DNA of 64,000 nucleotides from NCBI GenBank assembly GCA_000320545.1, contig ADNK01000559.1:1-64000 (forward strand), written 5' to 3'. The stretch comes from Bigelowiella natans CCMP2755 (Eukaryota > Protista > Cercozoa). Under the pieces are notes generated by a model. The model had not been told where the DNA came from. It saw nothing but the letters and a program-made list of their open reading frames with translations, and did no database searches. How positions within the stretch are numbered: the first letter of the stretch is position 1; the number at the start of each line of letters is the position of its first letter. The translations under genes and the position numbers were made by a program. Below are positions 1 to 13,964 of the stretch, one piece after another.

Positions 1-73
1 TGCATTCAAGGTGGTAGTAGTAGCGCAGTAGCGGTAGCATTGTAAAGATTTAGAGATGAGATCGAATCCTGTA

Positions 74-106
<33 letters not shown>

Positions 107-897
107 CACTACTACTCCCTGTTATTAGGGATCTTAACAACATGGTAGATTTTATATTCCTCTTACAGCTTTCATTTCCCCCCCCCCCCTCTCTTTCGGA
201 CTGCTTCCTCCAGAACGACATGACTGAGACGACACGGGGTAAGGACTTCTTTGACGAAGATCATCGTAGCAGCGATTATGCGGCCTGGAAGGAGGATACT
301 CGCACAAGGCAAAGTACGCGTAAGGACAAAATCAAAGCTCCTGTTTCCTCAAAATCAACGGTTGCTGCCGACTCACCACCGCCATTCTCAATTCTCGTAG
401 GAGAGCAGCCGCGCGGGCAGCAAATGCGAAGATGAGACCATTGCGCGCGTTTTCTGATCACAATAATCATCGAATTGAGCGGTGTTGATCGTGGCTGTAT
501 GCTATCTCGTTCTAACCACAGAGTGCAAGAGCTTCGCTCTTAATCGACACGTTCGGAAGCCTTTTCCCCGGCCTGATGGAAGTAATAGCAGCAGTAGCAG
601 CAGTAGCTAAAAGAAGAAGGGGAGAAGGCAACAACGAGGGCGTTTCGCATTACTTGTAGAGCGTGCCGCACAACACAGCGTACGCTGCTATCCGGAGTAA
701 CACCTTCCATTTTACTATTATGCTGCTGTCTGTCCTCTTCTGCTCGGTAGGATCTGAGCCAGCTGGAAGAGATACGGGAGGGGGTGCCCAAGCAGGTAGT
801 CGTTAATAGCTCCAAGATCGAGTGCATATGGGGATTTTATTGTTCTTTGACTATCAATTCCGCGATGTCAGCATCCATAGCAAATGCATGAAATGAC

Positions 898-930
<33 letters not shown>

Positions 931-1126
931 ACATGCTTTTTCTGCTGCTGCTGCTGCGTAATACTTACTTTTAGGAAATGCGGAAGATCATGGATGAATA
1001 CAACGATAAACTTGCGACTGTGGTCATAGATTTTTGCAGCCTTTTGAAATACATTTCCCATTCCCCATTCCCATCCTCAATTCTATCCTCTACATCCCCT
1101 TCTCTTCCAACTATATTTCGCCATTT

Positions 1127-1167
<41 letters not shown>

Positions 1168-1858
1168 TCTCTCTATCTCTCTCCCTCTCTATCATATCTT
1201 ATCCTCTAGCGCAAAATCTACCTTGCTTTATCACATTCTTTCCTACACGTCGCCATTTTGTGTAACTGGGCAATTTAAACCACTGCGCATGACCGTCTTC
1301 TAGGACGCTTTGCTGGAGGTTCTTTGCACGGAGGACAAGGCGAAAGAGCAAATGACGGTTTTCCAGACTTACATCAAAAGGTACTCAATATTTGATTATT
1401 TCAAGCGCAGAATTGAACGCCAAGGCCATGTGGTTATGATCAGCTTGAAGGAAATTGGGCAGAAGTTGGAGAACACGGAGTCTTTGAAGCAAATACGTCG
1501 ACTTGCATCGTAAGCTATATTTTTGATGATATTTTGGGAGAACCATGAACAAATTTTGTTAAGATACCATCTGACGGTACGACGACTTCAATTAACTTAT
1601 TTATTGCTTACATGTGTTGTATGTCACAACTATGCATGACGCAACAAATACAGATCCGCCGTGTTAATATTGGAGGATGCAAGTAAAGAATTATCGAAGT
1701 TGAAGTGAGTAACTTGCAATGTGTTTGTGGAAGCTGTCTATAGTCTCTATTGTAGACTTCACATTGAAGCTCGTTCAATGACTATGCACACGTTATGAAT
1801 GTATTGACCAGCTCGTAAAATTGAATTTGGAAGTTCTACCACTAAGGACAACTCATGA
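1..1858 (+). CDS. 3' part of a multi-exon gene, unknown helical protein (5' end outside window; span includes introns)
   Basis: Short GT/GC-AG bounded exons join into plausible peptide: SARASLLIDTFGSLFPGLME, EMRKIMDEYNDKLAT, RKIYLALSHSFLH, DALLEVLCTEDKAKEQMTVFQTYIKR, IERQGHVVMISLKEIGQKLENTESLKQIRRLAS. Probable last exon RKIEFGSSTTKDNS* with TGA at 1856-1858. No family recognised. Confidence 0.55.
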
Positions 1859-2440
1859 ACGTCGTTTCACACTTTGCACATCATTCTAGTATTAAGATGA
1901 GCTGAGGTCCATTTGAAAAAGGCTTTTCAGTTTACAGACATGTCTAGATGTTTTGACGTGTTGTGCTAGCTAGCTAGTGCTATACTAGTTATATCGAATG
2001 CAGAAGCACATATGGATGAGACATCATGTCATGCGTGTTTAGCACAACATGTTCCTGCCTGTTCTAATGTTCATAGGATTATGGCATGTTGGCCGGCATG
2101 AGCGTCATGCATTGTTTACGTGTGCATTCATGCATTCATAAAGCACGAAAATGCAACCCTGCTATGTGATCTAGCTGCATATGCACGTGCATGATTTTGA
2201 TGTGCAATGTCTGTGCTCATGTCTGTGATAGCAACGAAATGAAGATCACATGCAACGTTATCGTGGCTAATCAATGTATTGACTATGGCCCATGTGCGCA
2301 CACACACGCATCCTTGACCATGTTCTGTACATTCAACAAAAAGAAGTTGTAGTAATAAAGCATAGTAGCGACACCATGATCATGATTATCCAGAGCAGAA
2401 CGTCGTAGTACTGTAGCGACAACTACTTTTATCGCAAGCC

Positions 2441-2940
2441 TCAGGCATTTGCAATTTTTCGTGCTTCAAGAATTAGGGAATCCAACGAAACAAATGTTTT
2501 CTTACACTTCATAAACTTCGCTAGCACTTCCTGAGTTATTCCCGATTTAGCTTCTCGTATTTTCTGACCATACTCGCTAAAACCGAAGGCAGAGAATAGA
2601 CATGCCTTTGTAAGGCTAATAACGTGGCTCTTAAAGAGCCTAATTTCGGTTTGTGTGCTGAACAACAAGGACGAATAACTTTTCAGTGCCGCTGTTGTTA
2701 ATTTTTCCTCATCTGCAAGGTTGAGCATTCCATCTTTAAATTTTGCCTGTATCTCATGACAAATCTGATCCACCCCTAACATCTTACTCGATTCCTTAAT
2801 AGCATGCAAAATACCGACCACTACCGAAGGCCCTCCACATCTCACTGAAAGAGATATGACTTCCCTCAACAATTTGTTGGAGGCCTTGTCATTTAATACT
2901 GCATCCAGCAGGCCGAAAACCTGTCACAAAAGAAATATAA

Positions 2941-2990
<50 letters not shown>

Positions 2991-5900
2991 ACACGATAAT
3001 CAGTATCTGACCTTATGTTTAAAATTGCAAACAACTTTTCCACCAATTTCTTCGAGAAAGATATCCCAGGACTTACACCTCACATTTGACCCTTCGAGGC
3101 ACAAAATACTTAGTGAAGCGTCGCTTGCAGATGGATAGCGTTTGATCAATGCCTTAATCATACCCTCTTTAATAGCAATTCTTTCGGTGAATATGTTAAC
3201 CTAAAAAATATGTGGAAATGGATCTTCAAAAATACTTTCTTATGCTGAGCAAGAGACAACCTCTCGTAGCGTACCAACGACCAACTTCACGTCTGAAGGA
3301 TGGAGAGGATCATTCTGAAGATTCTTTTCAGAAATTGACGGTATCGCTCTTTCAATTCTATGCAATGCATCCATGTCGAGTACCTAAGTCACAATGGTCA
3401 AAATTAATAGAACATCCCGTTATCGTTTTGTCGTTAGGTTACTCGAAGTCCTTCTTTGTAACTTCGTGGACGTCCTTTGATTGACTGTTGCTCTGGCACC
3501 GCTGCTCTTGCATCACTCTCGTGCTGTGAATTATTATTAGGAGGAGGGTTGACATCTGCATTTGCAAACGATGTCACCTATTTACGAAAAAGTGTTCGTC
3601 AGTAATATGATGGTATTTTTATCCCTTCTTCATGCTAACAGACCAATTGTTACCACAGCGGCGGATGCCTTCTTCTCCGACTGTTTTACTGGCATTGTGG
3701 TGATCTGGGGACGTTGAATCTTCTTCGGACTTATAGCTCTTGTACGAGGACTCCTGCTAGATGATGGAGATCTTCTACCCTCTTTCGAAATCGGTCTCTC
3801 CGACTGCGTCCTTAATCTTGGAGCAGCAGCGAATTGATTTTGTTGTTCCGGTACCATGTTGTATAATATTGCTTTTCCTTCCGACCCTTTAACGACCGCG
3901 ATTGGGACACCCCCTTTATTAAGCACAAGCCTACCATCTTGAATCTATTATATACGTGACATATCCTTAAATTATAGCATCATTTTCCATACATAGGAAC
4001 ATAATCTGAAGTCTACCTCAGCCTCCTTCTTGTTGCCTCCGCGGATCACCTCAAAACGTATACGACGATTCCTTGGATTCCAGATGCCCTTTGACAAGTA
4101 GTAGACGTCAGGTTCTATAACAAATCCATTAGTAATCATTCATTACCTTGATTGTTCTCGTTACTTCTCCAGGTCGGGAGACAGCTCCTTGTGCTCCAAC
4201 ACCTGATACATCTCCCTTTTCTCCGAGAACCCAGACATCATTTATAACCTGCCCCTGTGTCTTACATTGCCATGTATGCTGCCCCACTACCATATTCTTG
4301 AGTCTCAGATTATTCTGTTCTTCGGGGGTTGATACTCTCTCGTCAAACGATTCGGTGCGAATGAACTGCTCGGTTTGCCTTCTCTGAAAATTTCCTACTA
4401 AACTTGAGTAGCTGCTTTTGTCTCTGGATCTTGAATTTGATACAGGGGATACACTCCGGGAGTGATTTGCTTTGGCTTCGATAGTAGTGTCTCGAGCCCT
4501 CTCAACTTCAAGCTGTGCCGCATAAAGGGCCTTCTCGGATAGGATTCTCTCCTTCTCAGCTTCATCTCTCTCAGCCCTTACCCTTGCAATCTCTTCTAAC
4601 GCCATCTTAGCATATGTTATACAGAAAGATAAGATGAATCATCTCATACAAAAGCAATTATCATCGAAACTTTTGGGAAAGAAATACCTGAGCACGTGCT
4701 GCCTCTGTTTTTACAGCTATTCGTGACTTCTTAACTTCATCATTTAAGCTATTTATTTTCGAAGTTGTTATTGATAGCTTTCTATTCAATGCTTCGACAC
4801 ATTTTTGAAGCATTTCATTTTTTTTCTTAAATGCGCTGACTACTCTTTTGTGCTGAGCCTCCCTTTCCTCTTGTCTCACCTCATCTCGAATTCGCCTTGC
4901 ATCTGCTACCTTCATTAAAGTCGTCTTTTGATGATTACGCAAACTTTTGATTTCTCTCTTGAGCCTTGCATTTTCAGCCTTATACCTTGCATATTCTTCC
5001 TCAACCTTTTTTTTGGAACAAGCTAATTCTTCAGCATAAAGTAAAACTTTATCATGGTCTTTGATTATGCTTTGCATTTCATCTTTCAGCTGTTTCCGTA
5101 TCAGTTCTCGCTCTTTCCGTAACGTTTTATCTCTGCTTTTTAAAATTGACTTATTCTTTGCATCTTCCATAGGTTCATTGCCCACAGCGGTGTCGTCATC
5201 TTCATCCGAGTCAGAACAGTGTTTCCTTTCATGTCGCAACACAACTGAACTATCTCCAAGTGCAATGGTTGGTCGACCTTTTGATTTGACTTTATTCAGG
5301 TCTAAAGCAGGAATCTTACTTGAAGTTCCAGTATTGTGCTTTACATCTTTAGAGCCCTTCTTTTTGTCGTTTTGCTCATTTGTGTGATTATCGTCCATAG
5401 GAGGAGGTGAAGGAGGTGGTGATGGAGGCGTCGGAACTAAGGAACTGTTGCTAGCTAGTCGCTCTCTACGTGAATTGTAGGTTGCTGAAATTGAGAAAGA
5501 CTTGAGATGTCTTGAAGTACTTGAACTTCCTGCAGCTCTAGACTTCTCCATAGTAGTATTTCTTCTTGACCGCACGAAATCGATTGCGAGATGAGAACCA
5601 CGCATTGAGCCAACCCTTCGAACAGAGTTTGAGATATCGGCAACTCCTATCCAAACTACAGATTTTTGGTTATCTTTCGAATTGCCCTCATTCCCAGTCC
5701 CATTACCACTCTGTGCTACAGCCTCTACCTCGCCAGTTCGCAAGTGCTTCGATGCAATGCGTTCAAACGAGCTGGCAAGGGCTCTGATTTCTTTTGTTGG
5801 TTCATTCCATACTCCACCATTAGGTTGCTTTTTAAAACAATCTCTAAGAGATGTGAAGATATTCTCAATGTCCAGTATCTTTTTTAGAGGACCTCTTGGG

Positions 5901-8900
5901 GCTTTTGATGACTCAGTTTCATGAAGTTTTAGTGTCTTGGATGCATTGACAGCTGCGTCAAGTAAGCCTATGTCGTTTATGTCAAAACGAGCTTCGGTCG
6001 TAGATTGAGTATTTGCTAAGATATGCAGAGTCTCGATCTCATCATCTCCTATTGCAAGAGGAGATATAGACCACATATCCGTCACAAATTCGCCGACCAA
6101 TAAAAGGAAGAAGAAGAAATTTCTATGAATTGGGGAATCAGATCCCTTAATTCTAGATACTTTATGTTTGTTGGAAACAAGCGAAACGGCTAAAGACGTG
6201 AGAAGCATACGAGCTCCTGATCTGGTCTCGATAGACCATGGCGAAAAATTTCTGAGAAGGTGAACAGAACGCCATGCTTCCATTAACGTAGGTTTTTTGT
6301 ACACATTATTAAGCATATCCTGAAGATGTATATCAGTCATAATTGACACCAAAAATCGAACGCATTTCAATTCAGCTTCCGATGAAGAGCTTTGACGAGG
6401 AGATGCTATTTCTGACAAAGATTTAGTCTCAGTCTTTCCTTCGATGATATCGGACCAATTCCTTTGCCTATTTGAAAACACCTTCGCCTCATGGAGATTA
6501 GGCTCATCTTTGGTTTTAGAAAGTAGAGCATATAGGGAGATTTGCCAATCTTTGAGGGATGTAATCATGGTAAAATTATCTGGAGTTTTAACTGCAGTTA
6601 AAAGCTTCTGCAATCCATAGACTTCTACTTCAGGTGGAGATGCCGAAAGGACAGACAACATCAATGGAAAAATGCTGGAATCTCGTATAGTTTTAAACAT
6701 TTCTTCATCTGGTTTCGTTGCATACTCGGTGCTAATATCCGCACTCATGAGTTCCCAGAGAACGTCAATGAATCTCTGAAGAAATGGGGTAGATACAAAT
6801 GACCCCCTTCGCTTTCTTATAGACTGATTCCTTTTCTCATAAATTTCTGCCCCTTTCAACATTTTAGAAACATAATACTCAAAAGGTAGCATCACAACCC
6901 CACCGATCTGAAATTTAGGTACATCCTGTGGTAACTTGCACAGATCTGAAGCTTGGCTTTGAAAGGAGCAGATAAAATACAAACATTTGAGAACCCAAAA
7001 AGAAACTTCTGCATTTACACTACCACTCGGGACTAGGAAAGGCAAGAACAAAGGAGATATGAAGACTAGCAGCTTTATAAATATAGCTGGAGATTCGCGA
7101 GTGTGATCTTGAGTTGTCGCCGCCTTGCTTTTATTTTTAAATGTGGAACATGCCTTAGTCAAGCAGATTAACAGACTTTTGAATCTATAAGCATTTCCCT
7201 CCTTGCTTTGAGCCGGAAATTCCCTGAAACTTTTCGTTGATTCTTCAAACAATCCATCGACATATTTATTTCCAAATAAAAGTTTACCACTTGTCAAACA
7301 ACCCCTCAACGCCGAGAAAACTCTATGGGCGCAGGGAAGAATTCTTTCTATTTGCGAACTCTCATAAGGGAGAAGTCCCACTGCGTTCAAAGTCAGTCGT
7401 TGTACTAATGGAGAGTAAATATATTCCTCTGGGTCTTGGTATCCAAACCTAAACGAACAGTTTTAATAAACAATTTCACTCTTGACGATGAAGTTAATAG
7501 AAAGTTGACCATGAAAGCAATTGATTTGCACGATGAAAATCTTTCTCTGTGGTAAATCCTAATTTTTGTGTGACCATTGATGTTCCTATCAAACCTTGAA
7601 GGGTATCCTTATACAAAAATCAAGAATTAGGATGAGAACCGGATTCCTATTACTGTTAAATAAATTTTACAATTTTTTGATAATATGTTGAACTAATTAT
7701 ATACATCAATACGGAATCATATGAATTCATAAAAATATATTACATGTGCAGAATTACTTTCATTTCAGCATGTCTAATTTCGATTTCTTTCTTTGAAAAA
7801 TTAGGGGTCCATCCCATGAATTCATTAGGACTAATAAGGACCGCCACAGGCTAAATTTATTTGAAGAGAGATAAGTTCTTGCAGCCGAAGAAAATGATAA
7901 ATTTAATACTTACCTCGACAAGGCATCGAGCGTATTTCTTGGCAGTATCGTACAATACAAGACGCTTTTTGTTCTAAGCATAAAATCAAGTCTAAGGGAA
8001 TTATTATTCTCAACAGATTCTTACTGAACCTGAAAGCAAAGATCAAGAGTTCTCCTGGACTTTAAACTGAAACGTATTGTGAAGGATAGTCCGTTGATAC
8101 TTATTTGTGAACCATGGTTCTGATTTGAAGTAATTGACGAACGAATAGTAGTGAAACTTGCTGGAAGAAAAAGGTACTGCAGCCCCAATTGTTGCTGAGA
8201 AGCGTTCCGAAGCCAGAGTGAAATCTATAAAGTGTTAAATTTTAAAATTTCATAAATGAAGCATTTTTAATTTCGTCAGATACCTTTTCTTGATCGTCCA
8301 ATGGCAATTTTCTAATGAAATCCTGATTTCAAATTAGAACATATGTCAGTGTATTGCTTGTTTGTATCTAACTTTTGATATTGTCAGACTTCGACTTGGA
8401 GACGAAGCTGCTCGGTTTTGAGTTGCTGTAGTATTCTTTTATATAGGAGAGAAAAATGAATTTGCACGAATAAGATTAAGTCAAAACGAAGGAGATTGAA
8501 TGTAAGAAACCTGTGTGCTTCCTTGACGCTCCTCGTTTGAAATTGACTAAGTGTCTTTTCTTCCTCAGATGGAACCCAAGATTTTATTATGGAAGTTGGG
8601 CTGTGTGGTATTTTTCATTCGTGATTTATGGAAGCTAGTCCTGGGATGCATGAAGTACCTGCGGCGGTGTCTCTGTGTGCTAGAAGTAGCAATTCCTTCC
8701 TTTGGTCCTTATATTGTGAAAAATTTCGCTAACTCAGACATTCAATATGGCATTCAAATAAATACCAAATACTGTCGGAGATCCCGTCTTTGCGTATTGT
8801 TTGCGATAATTAATGAGGCGAGAGACAAAGTTTATACATCAAGAAGTGACGGTCGTAGAAATAGAAGTTAGACCTTTGAGTTACTAATCGAATTTGCTCT

Positions 8901-9986
8901 TTGTAACAAGACCCCAGGACTAAAGACAGTATGGTTGAGATGATTTACAGATCAAATAATTCGTGTCAGTAATCAATTTATGATGCGGGAAAATTACAAT
9001 ACGTGGTACCCAAAAAATTTATCGATTAAATCTCTTACCGTTTGGAAGACGAATAGATATTTGTGATTTCAGGATGCAATTGCAACACCGAATCAATTGG
9101 TGGCTCTGAGTCATCAACCTGAAACACATATTACGGAAGGGTGAATACATTTGCACAAAATAGCAAATAGGTCATACCGCCTCGCGCGTCGATCTCGTGT
9201 AGATGTTGCCAAATTGTATCTTAATTAAAAGATTTTATTAGAAATATTTTAAAAATGAAGCTGCATTGTCTCTAATATTTGAGAAGTATTAGTAGTTTAC
9301 ATGGTATATCCTTTTCTTCCAAGTCTTATGGTTTCTGATAAAGTTTAGAAGCTCAACGAGTTTGCCAACGCAAAAATGTATTCAGCTTGTGACCTTAATG
9401 ACCGTTCTAAAACAATCCCGTGAGGCCATGGAATTTCACAGTGCTCAGCAGCAGTGTCAATTAACTATAGGTACAAATAAGTGACCATTTATTCGTATTT
9501 CCGATCACCCTACAAAAATTGACGCTTCCTAACCTTTAGCAAATGTTGTGTTCGGCTCTCCAATGACGACAATGCCCAAGGGGACATCTTTGTCCTCGTC
9601 TAAAATACCAGTAATAATAAATCCGAGATTTAAAATTCTACTTTGTCTGATAAAGTGAATAATCACTAACCCAAGAGTTAACAACATCGTGCGCACACCC
9701 AATGATCTACAAGTACACATTCAATAAGAAAAGCTGGCAATATAAAAACTCTGTGCGAAAACACCTCTCGAAATATCAATTGCATAGTAGCTTCGCCTTC
9801 AATACCAGCTGCAAGTGAACTTTCACTGTCATTGATGTGTCGATGTGGTTGATCATTTGCATGTGCTAGCATCTTGTTCAATTGATTTATTTTCTCCATC
9901 GCAGACTTCGCAAACTCATGCCCTGATGACGATGCTTTGGTCTTCACGACGCGCATCTTACCACTCCCCGAATCCTGAGTTTGCAT
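2441..9986 (-). CDS. Large multi-exon protein: N-terminal Ras-association/ubiquitin-like region, helical middle, long coiled coil (start approximate)
   Basis: Contains the 909-aa ORF 4661-7390, with further exons in ORFs 4129-4605, 3630-3926 and 2441-2872 (terminal) linked by short AT-rich introns. Upstream exons MQTQDSGSGKMRVVKTKASSSGHEFAKSAMEK...QLIFREVFSHR / ILDEDKDVPLGIV resemble the RA-domain pattern (L.EV...ER.L..DE.PL). K/E/R-rich heptads at ~4500-5150. Confidence 0.75.
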
Positions 9987-10396
9987 GTAAATTTGGACCA
10001 ATGGTTACATTCCTGTTACGTTGAAATGCACATGTGCATCGGCGAGGGTGGGGAGCGCACACACCATCTTCGGAATTTGGTGATGTGATGGGAAAAGTTA
10101 CATGTATTTTATGACTGCGACATGCTAACTGCCTTGGCGTAGATGCAAATACGATCTTTCCCTTCCATCAAAGGTAAGCCGCGGAAATAATAAGTCCAGA
10201 CAAATTCGCGGCTAAAATATTTTGCTCGAAGGGGTTCTATGTTTTATCTGCGACAATGCATAAATGGTGTCGTGATGACAGTCTAATTAGCACGAGATTA
10301 AGTCCTAGTTGATGCCAACACTTTTGTTAAGGTTGCACTTGGTGCTGAATTTGATTCATCACTTGGTACTCTATTTGAGAAATACAACAACGCAAC

Positions 10397-11908
10397 ATGA
10401 ATAACGCACGTGGGCAGGAAGCGTGTCTCAAAACGTTTGCATGTGTGTGGTCACAGATGAACAAGTATGTGCGAATCCCCAAGGAGCTTGACACATCATT
10501 CATAGCTTGGCCTTTTACACGGAGAGGCACGGCATACTTCGCACTCTTTTCCACGGTAGGTGGAGCGATAGCTGGTCGATTTTTGTGAGAACGTGTCGAG
10601 CACATGCATGAATTCTCAGGGGATCATTGGCAGCCTTCTTCTAGCTGTAGAAATCTGCGACAATGTTCGTTCTTGTTCTGAGAGTGCGTGGAATCATATC
10701 AAAGAGGAAAGAAGTGAATCTGGCGATTGCGAAAGGGTAAAGATAACTTACGGTGCATGAAAAACACAACGATGAAAGAACACGGAACATCTTAAGTATT
10801 TCTGTTCGCTTCTTATCATGATAGGTGCGAGAAAGTAGATTCTTGGGAGAACACATAAACTGCATAAGTAATTTTGGTTTTGCTCTTGTCGGGACGATAG
10901 CTGTTGGATGCGGGGTTGCTGATTACATTCGGAATTCTAGCACATCGCTATCATTGACTGATGGCACATCAACACCGAGGCGTCGCGAGACCGGTCCACG
11001 AAATCACGTGTTACGCTCACCGTTGTTTTCGTTTATTTTTGGTGCATCTGTGTGGCTGCTGATGGTTACATCGTTTCTTTTCCACGCTCGCCGCTCCCCA
11101 ACGACTGAACAACTCGATTCCTCAGGTATATATTGCATAAGATGTATGTATATTTATAACAATTCCTTCGCGACATTTTTCTGCTTTGACTCTTTTTGTA
11201 GGATACTTTGCTCCGCTTGTAGCGCCAACAATTTACTGCGCCCTCTGGTTTGTCAGTATTCGCATTTCAAAGCTTTCATTTAAGCTTACTTGGGGCGTAT
11301 TGACTACTATCATCGTTGGTGTGGACGTAATTCTAATTTTACTCGAACCATTTTATCCTGTGGATCTTGTTCTTTATGCATTTTTGGCAATGCTACTCTT
11401 CTGGCTCGGGATGCTATATTCGGTAAAAAAATTACGCTGTGCCGACAGTTTGCGCAAGCGAATGTACCGCGGTCAAGAGCACAAGGAATGGAGGCTCCGT
11501 GGAATCTACCTCGTACCTTTTGCCATAGCTTCATACGGAATTGGCCAATATTTTACAATTCTAGACTCAGAAGGAGTTCTGTGCGATGAAACATCTGAAT
11601 GGCAGTTTCATTCAGCAGGCCATGCACTATTTGCTCTTGCATTTATGCTCATATACTTCGTGTTGAGATCGGAATTTATTGTAGTTACGGAAGAAAAATA
11701 CGATTCACGATATAACATTGAGATAGAGGGCAAAAGGAGCAAAACAACATCGCAGCGAAGCCCAACTACTAAAAACAGGAAACTGACAGAAATGGACTAC
11801 ATGTCAGTAAAACCAATGACAAGCCTTCATTATACTCAGGAGCATATAAATAGGAATAAAGATTTTATGTCTGTTGACGCAAATTGTCATGGAGCGGCCT
11901 TTGAATAG
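10397..11908 (+). CDS. CREST-superfamily multi-pass membrane hydrolase, alkaline-ceramidase-like (about 5 exons)
   Basis: Spliced product has DCE..R...EHINCISNFGF, SFLFHA (SxxxH), EQLD and terminal HSAGH (HxxxH), with several hydrophobic segments. These match the Zn-binding motifs of CREST ceramidases. Stop at 11906-11908. Confidence 0.8.
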
Positions 11909-12680
11909 TGACTTGCATTGGCATCACTCACGAAAAAATGTTAATCATATAAAAGCCTCCATGAATTTGCTTTTTCAAAACTGAATAATTATCATTACAG
12001 TGGGCATTGATGGAATGTTGTGACAGCGATATGCAAGCGGGGAGGTTGATGTAATTATACATGCAATGCTATTTTTTGTACATGCGAATTCCTAGATTTC
12101 TAAATTAGCTTCAGCACATTTAGCATTGTTTGTGTATATACACAAAGTAAAATTCAGCCCAATGTGATTCCACAAGCTAGCAAGTGTAAGCACATCATCG
12201 ATATTGGAACGTGCACCACTTCACCAAGCCTGCATTAGTTGTGACTCGCTAGCTAGCTAGCTCGAAATGCGGGCGTCGTCGCATCATTACAAGCAAAGCG
12301 TGTGAGGTTGTGCTTGCAACCATCTCACAAAGATAAATTTGTTCTTCGTTTTGCATCAGACTATAGAAGGCCATTGGAAAAGCCGCGCGGCGAGTTTGGC
12401 TAGTTGGGACACGCAACAGTCTAGCAGTCGCCATGCTAGCACGGCTTGTGTTTGTGCAGTCTCATTGCAAAGACAGATGTCCGTGTGACTGTGCAAGATC
12501 AATTCAATACTTTTGGTTCAATCTCAGAGCGTTCTACTAGTTGACATGTGCACATGGTTGACAAAGCTATTTGAACCAGTGACAAGGCGACGCCAGATGT
12601 TGAAGTATTATGTTTCAAACAGCGAGTAATGTGTTTACACATATAACTCGATGTTACATTGCAACAGTGTTAGATTTTCG

Positions 12681-13922
12681 TTATTCATTCACATCATTTG
12701 TACCAAATATATTTAAAAGAGCCTTTACTCGAGTCTTACGGAGTTCATCCGCTGATAATCGTGAATGAATTCCGGATGTAAGCGCCTGTTTTACTGATTG
12801 GAGTTCCAAAATATTCTCCTCAATGCTGTCTTTGACCACAAACTTCCAGACTTGCACATCTCTCTGTATCGAAAGGGAAAAACGGCACGCACGTATCGGT
12901 TTGAATGATAATGAGATAATTCGATGAATAAAATGTTGCTACATAGACTTATCTGTTAACGACCTTTTGTCCCAGCCTGTGAACTCTATCAATGGCCTAG
13001 AGGAAATCCACACGTTAAATCAAACTGCGTTCCGTCGAGTGGTAGCACCAAAAAAATAAAGCGCCGCATGAAGCTAAATAAAAGCCGCTCTTCCTCTTTA
13101 GGACTACTAGACTACCCCTGCTAACTAAGGCTGACAACTGCTGTATACTGTTTTGCACTAATTTGCAATAGCATCAACCTGCATATCGACGGCTGGATTC
13201 CACCATTGATCCATTAAGAATACGTGATTGGCAGCCGTCAGCTACAACGAATCACATGCAACCCAAAACTCGTGAGAGAAAGCAGGGACAATACTTCTTT
13301 TCCACGAACAATACGATGGCTAACTTAGTTAGGTGTGGTTACGGGCTATACATCGATTGCAACGCCTCCTGCTCTCAGAGAGAGGAGCATCACATTGGGA
13401 GAGTGGGGGCTCGGATCAGAAAATCGTCGAATCTGCTGCGCACGCGTTCCAACGTCAACACGCCCATCCACGCGACAAACCTGAAATACATCCGATTTTG
13501 CCCTTGTTTAGGTCATCGACGAGTGGCTTGCTAATTGGACAACTATCAATACATACAGAGGAAAAACTAATCCTTTCTTTTGGGAAAATCCCCATCGAAC
13601 CATCTATCTAGTTGCAGGTGCTGTTGCTGCTTACGTTGAGCCCTGCATCGGTCAAATGCCGCTGAAGTCTATCCAGAAACGTTGTGAACTGAGAGATGAC
13701 CTGAGGACAATGCCATATTAAGTTAAAGCACTCTCGCTGTTGCTAGCTTTTGCTTGCCATGGTCCTTCAAATAAGAGATGAAATGGAGCTTTTCGGGAGG
13801 GTTCGGATAGAAAGTAGAGCTTTTAAGGAATCATTACCACGCACTTCTGCCCCTTCGAAACCTTTTCTGGATCTCTCATCAGCTCTTGTACGCGGTGAAG
13901 CAAAACTAAGGCCTGATCATTC

Positions 13923-13964
<42 letters not shown>

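Noticed and set aside
5061-5924. Plus-strand ORFs of 73-108 aa
   Set aside because: Antisense shadows of the 909-aa minus-strand exon.
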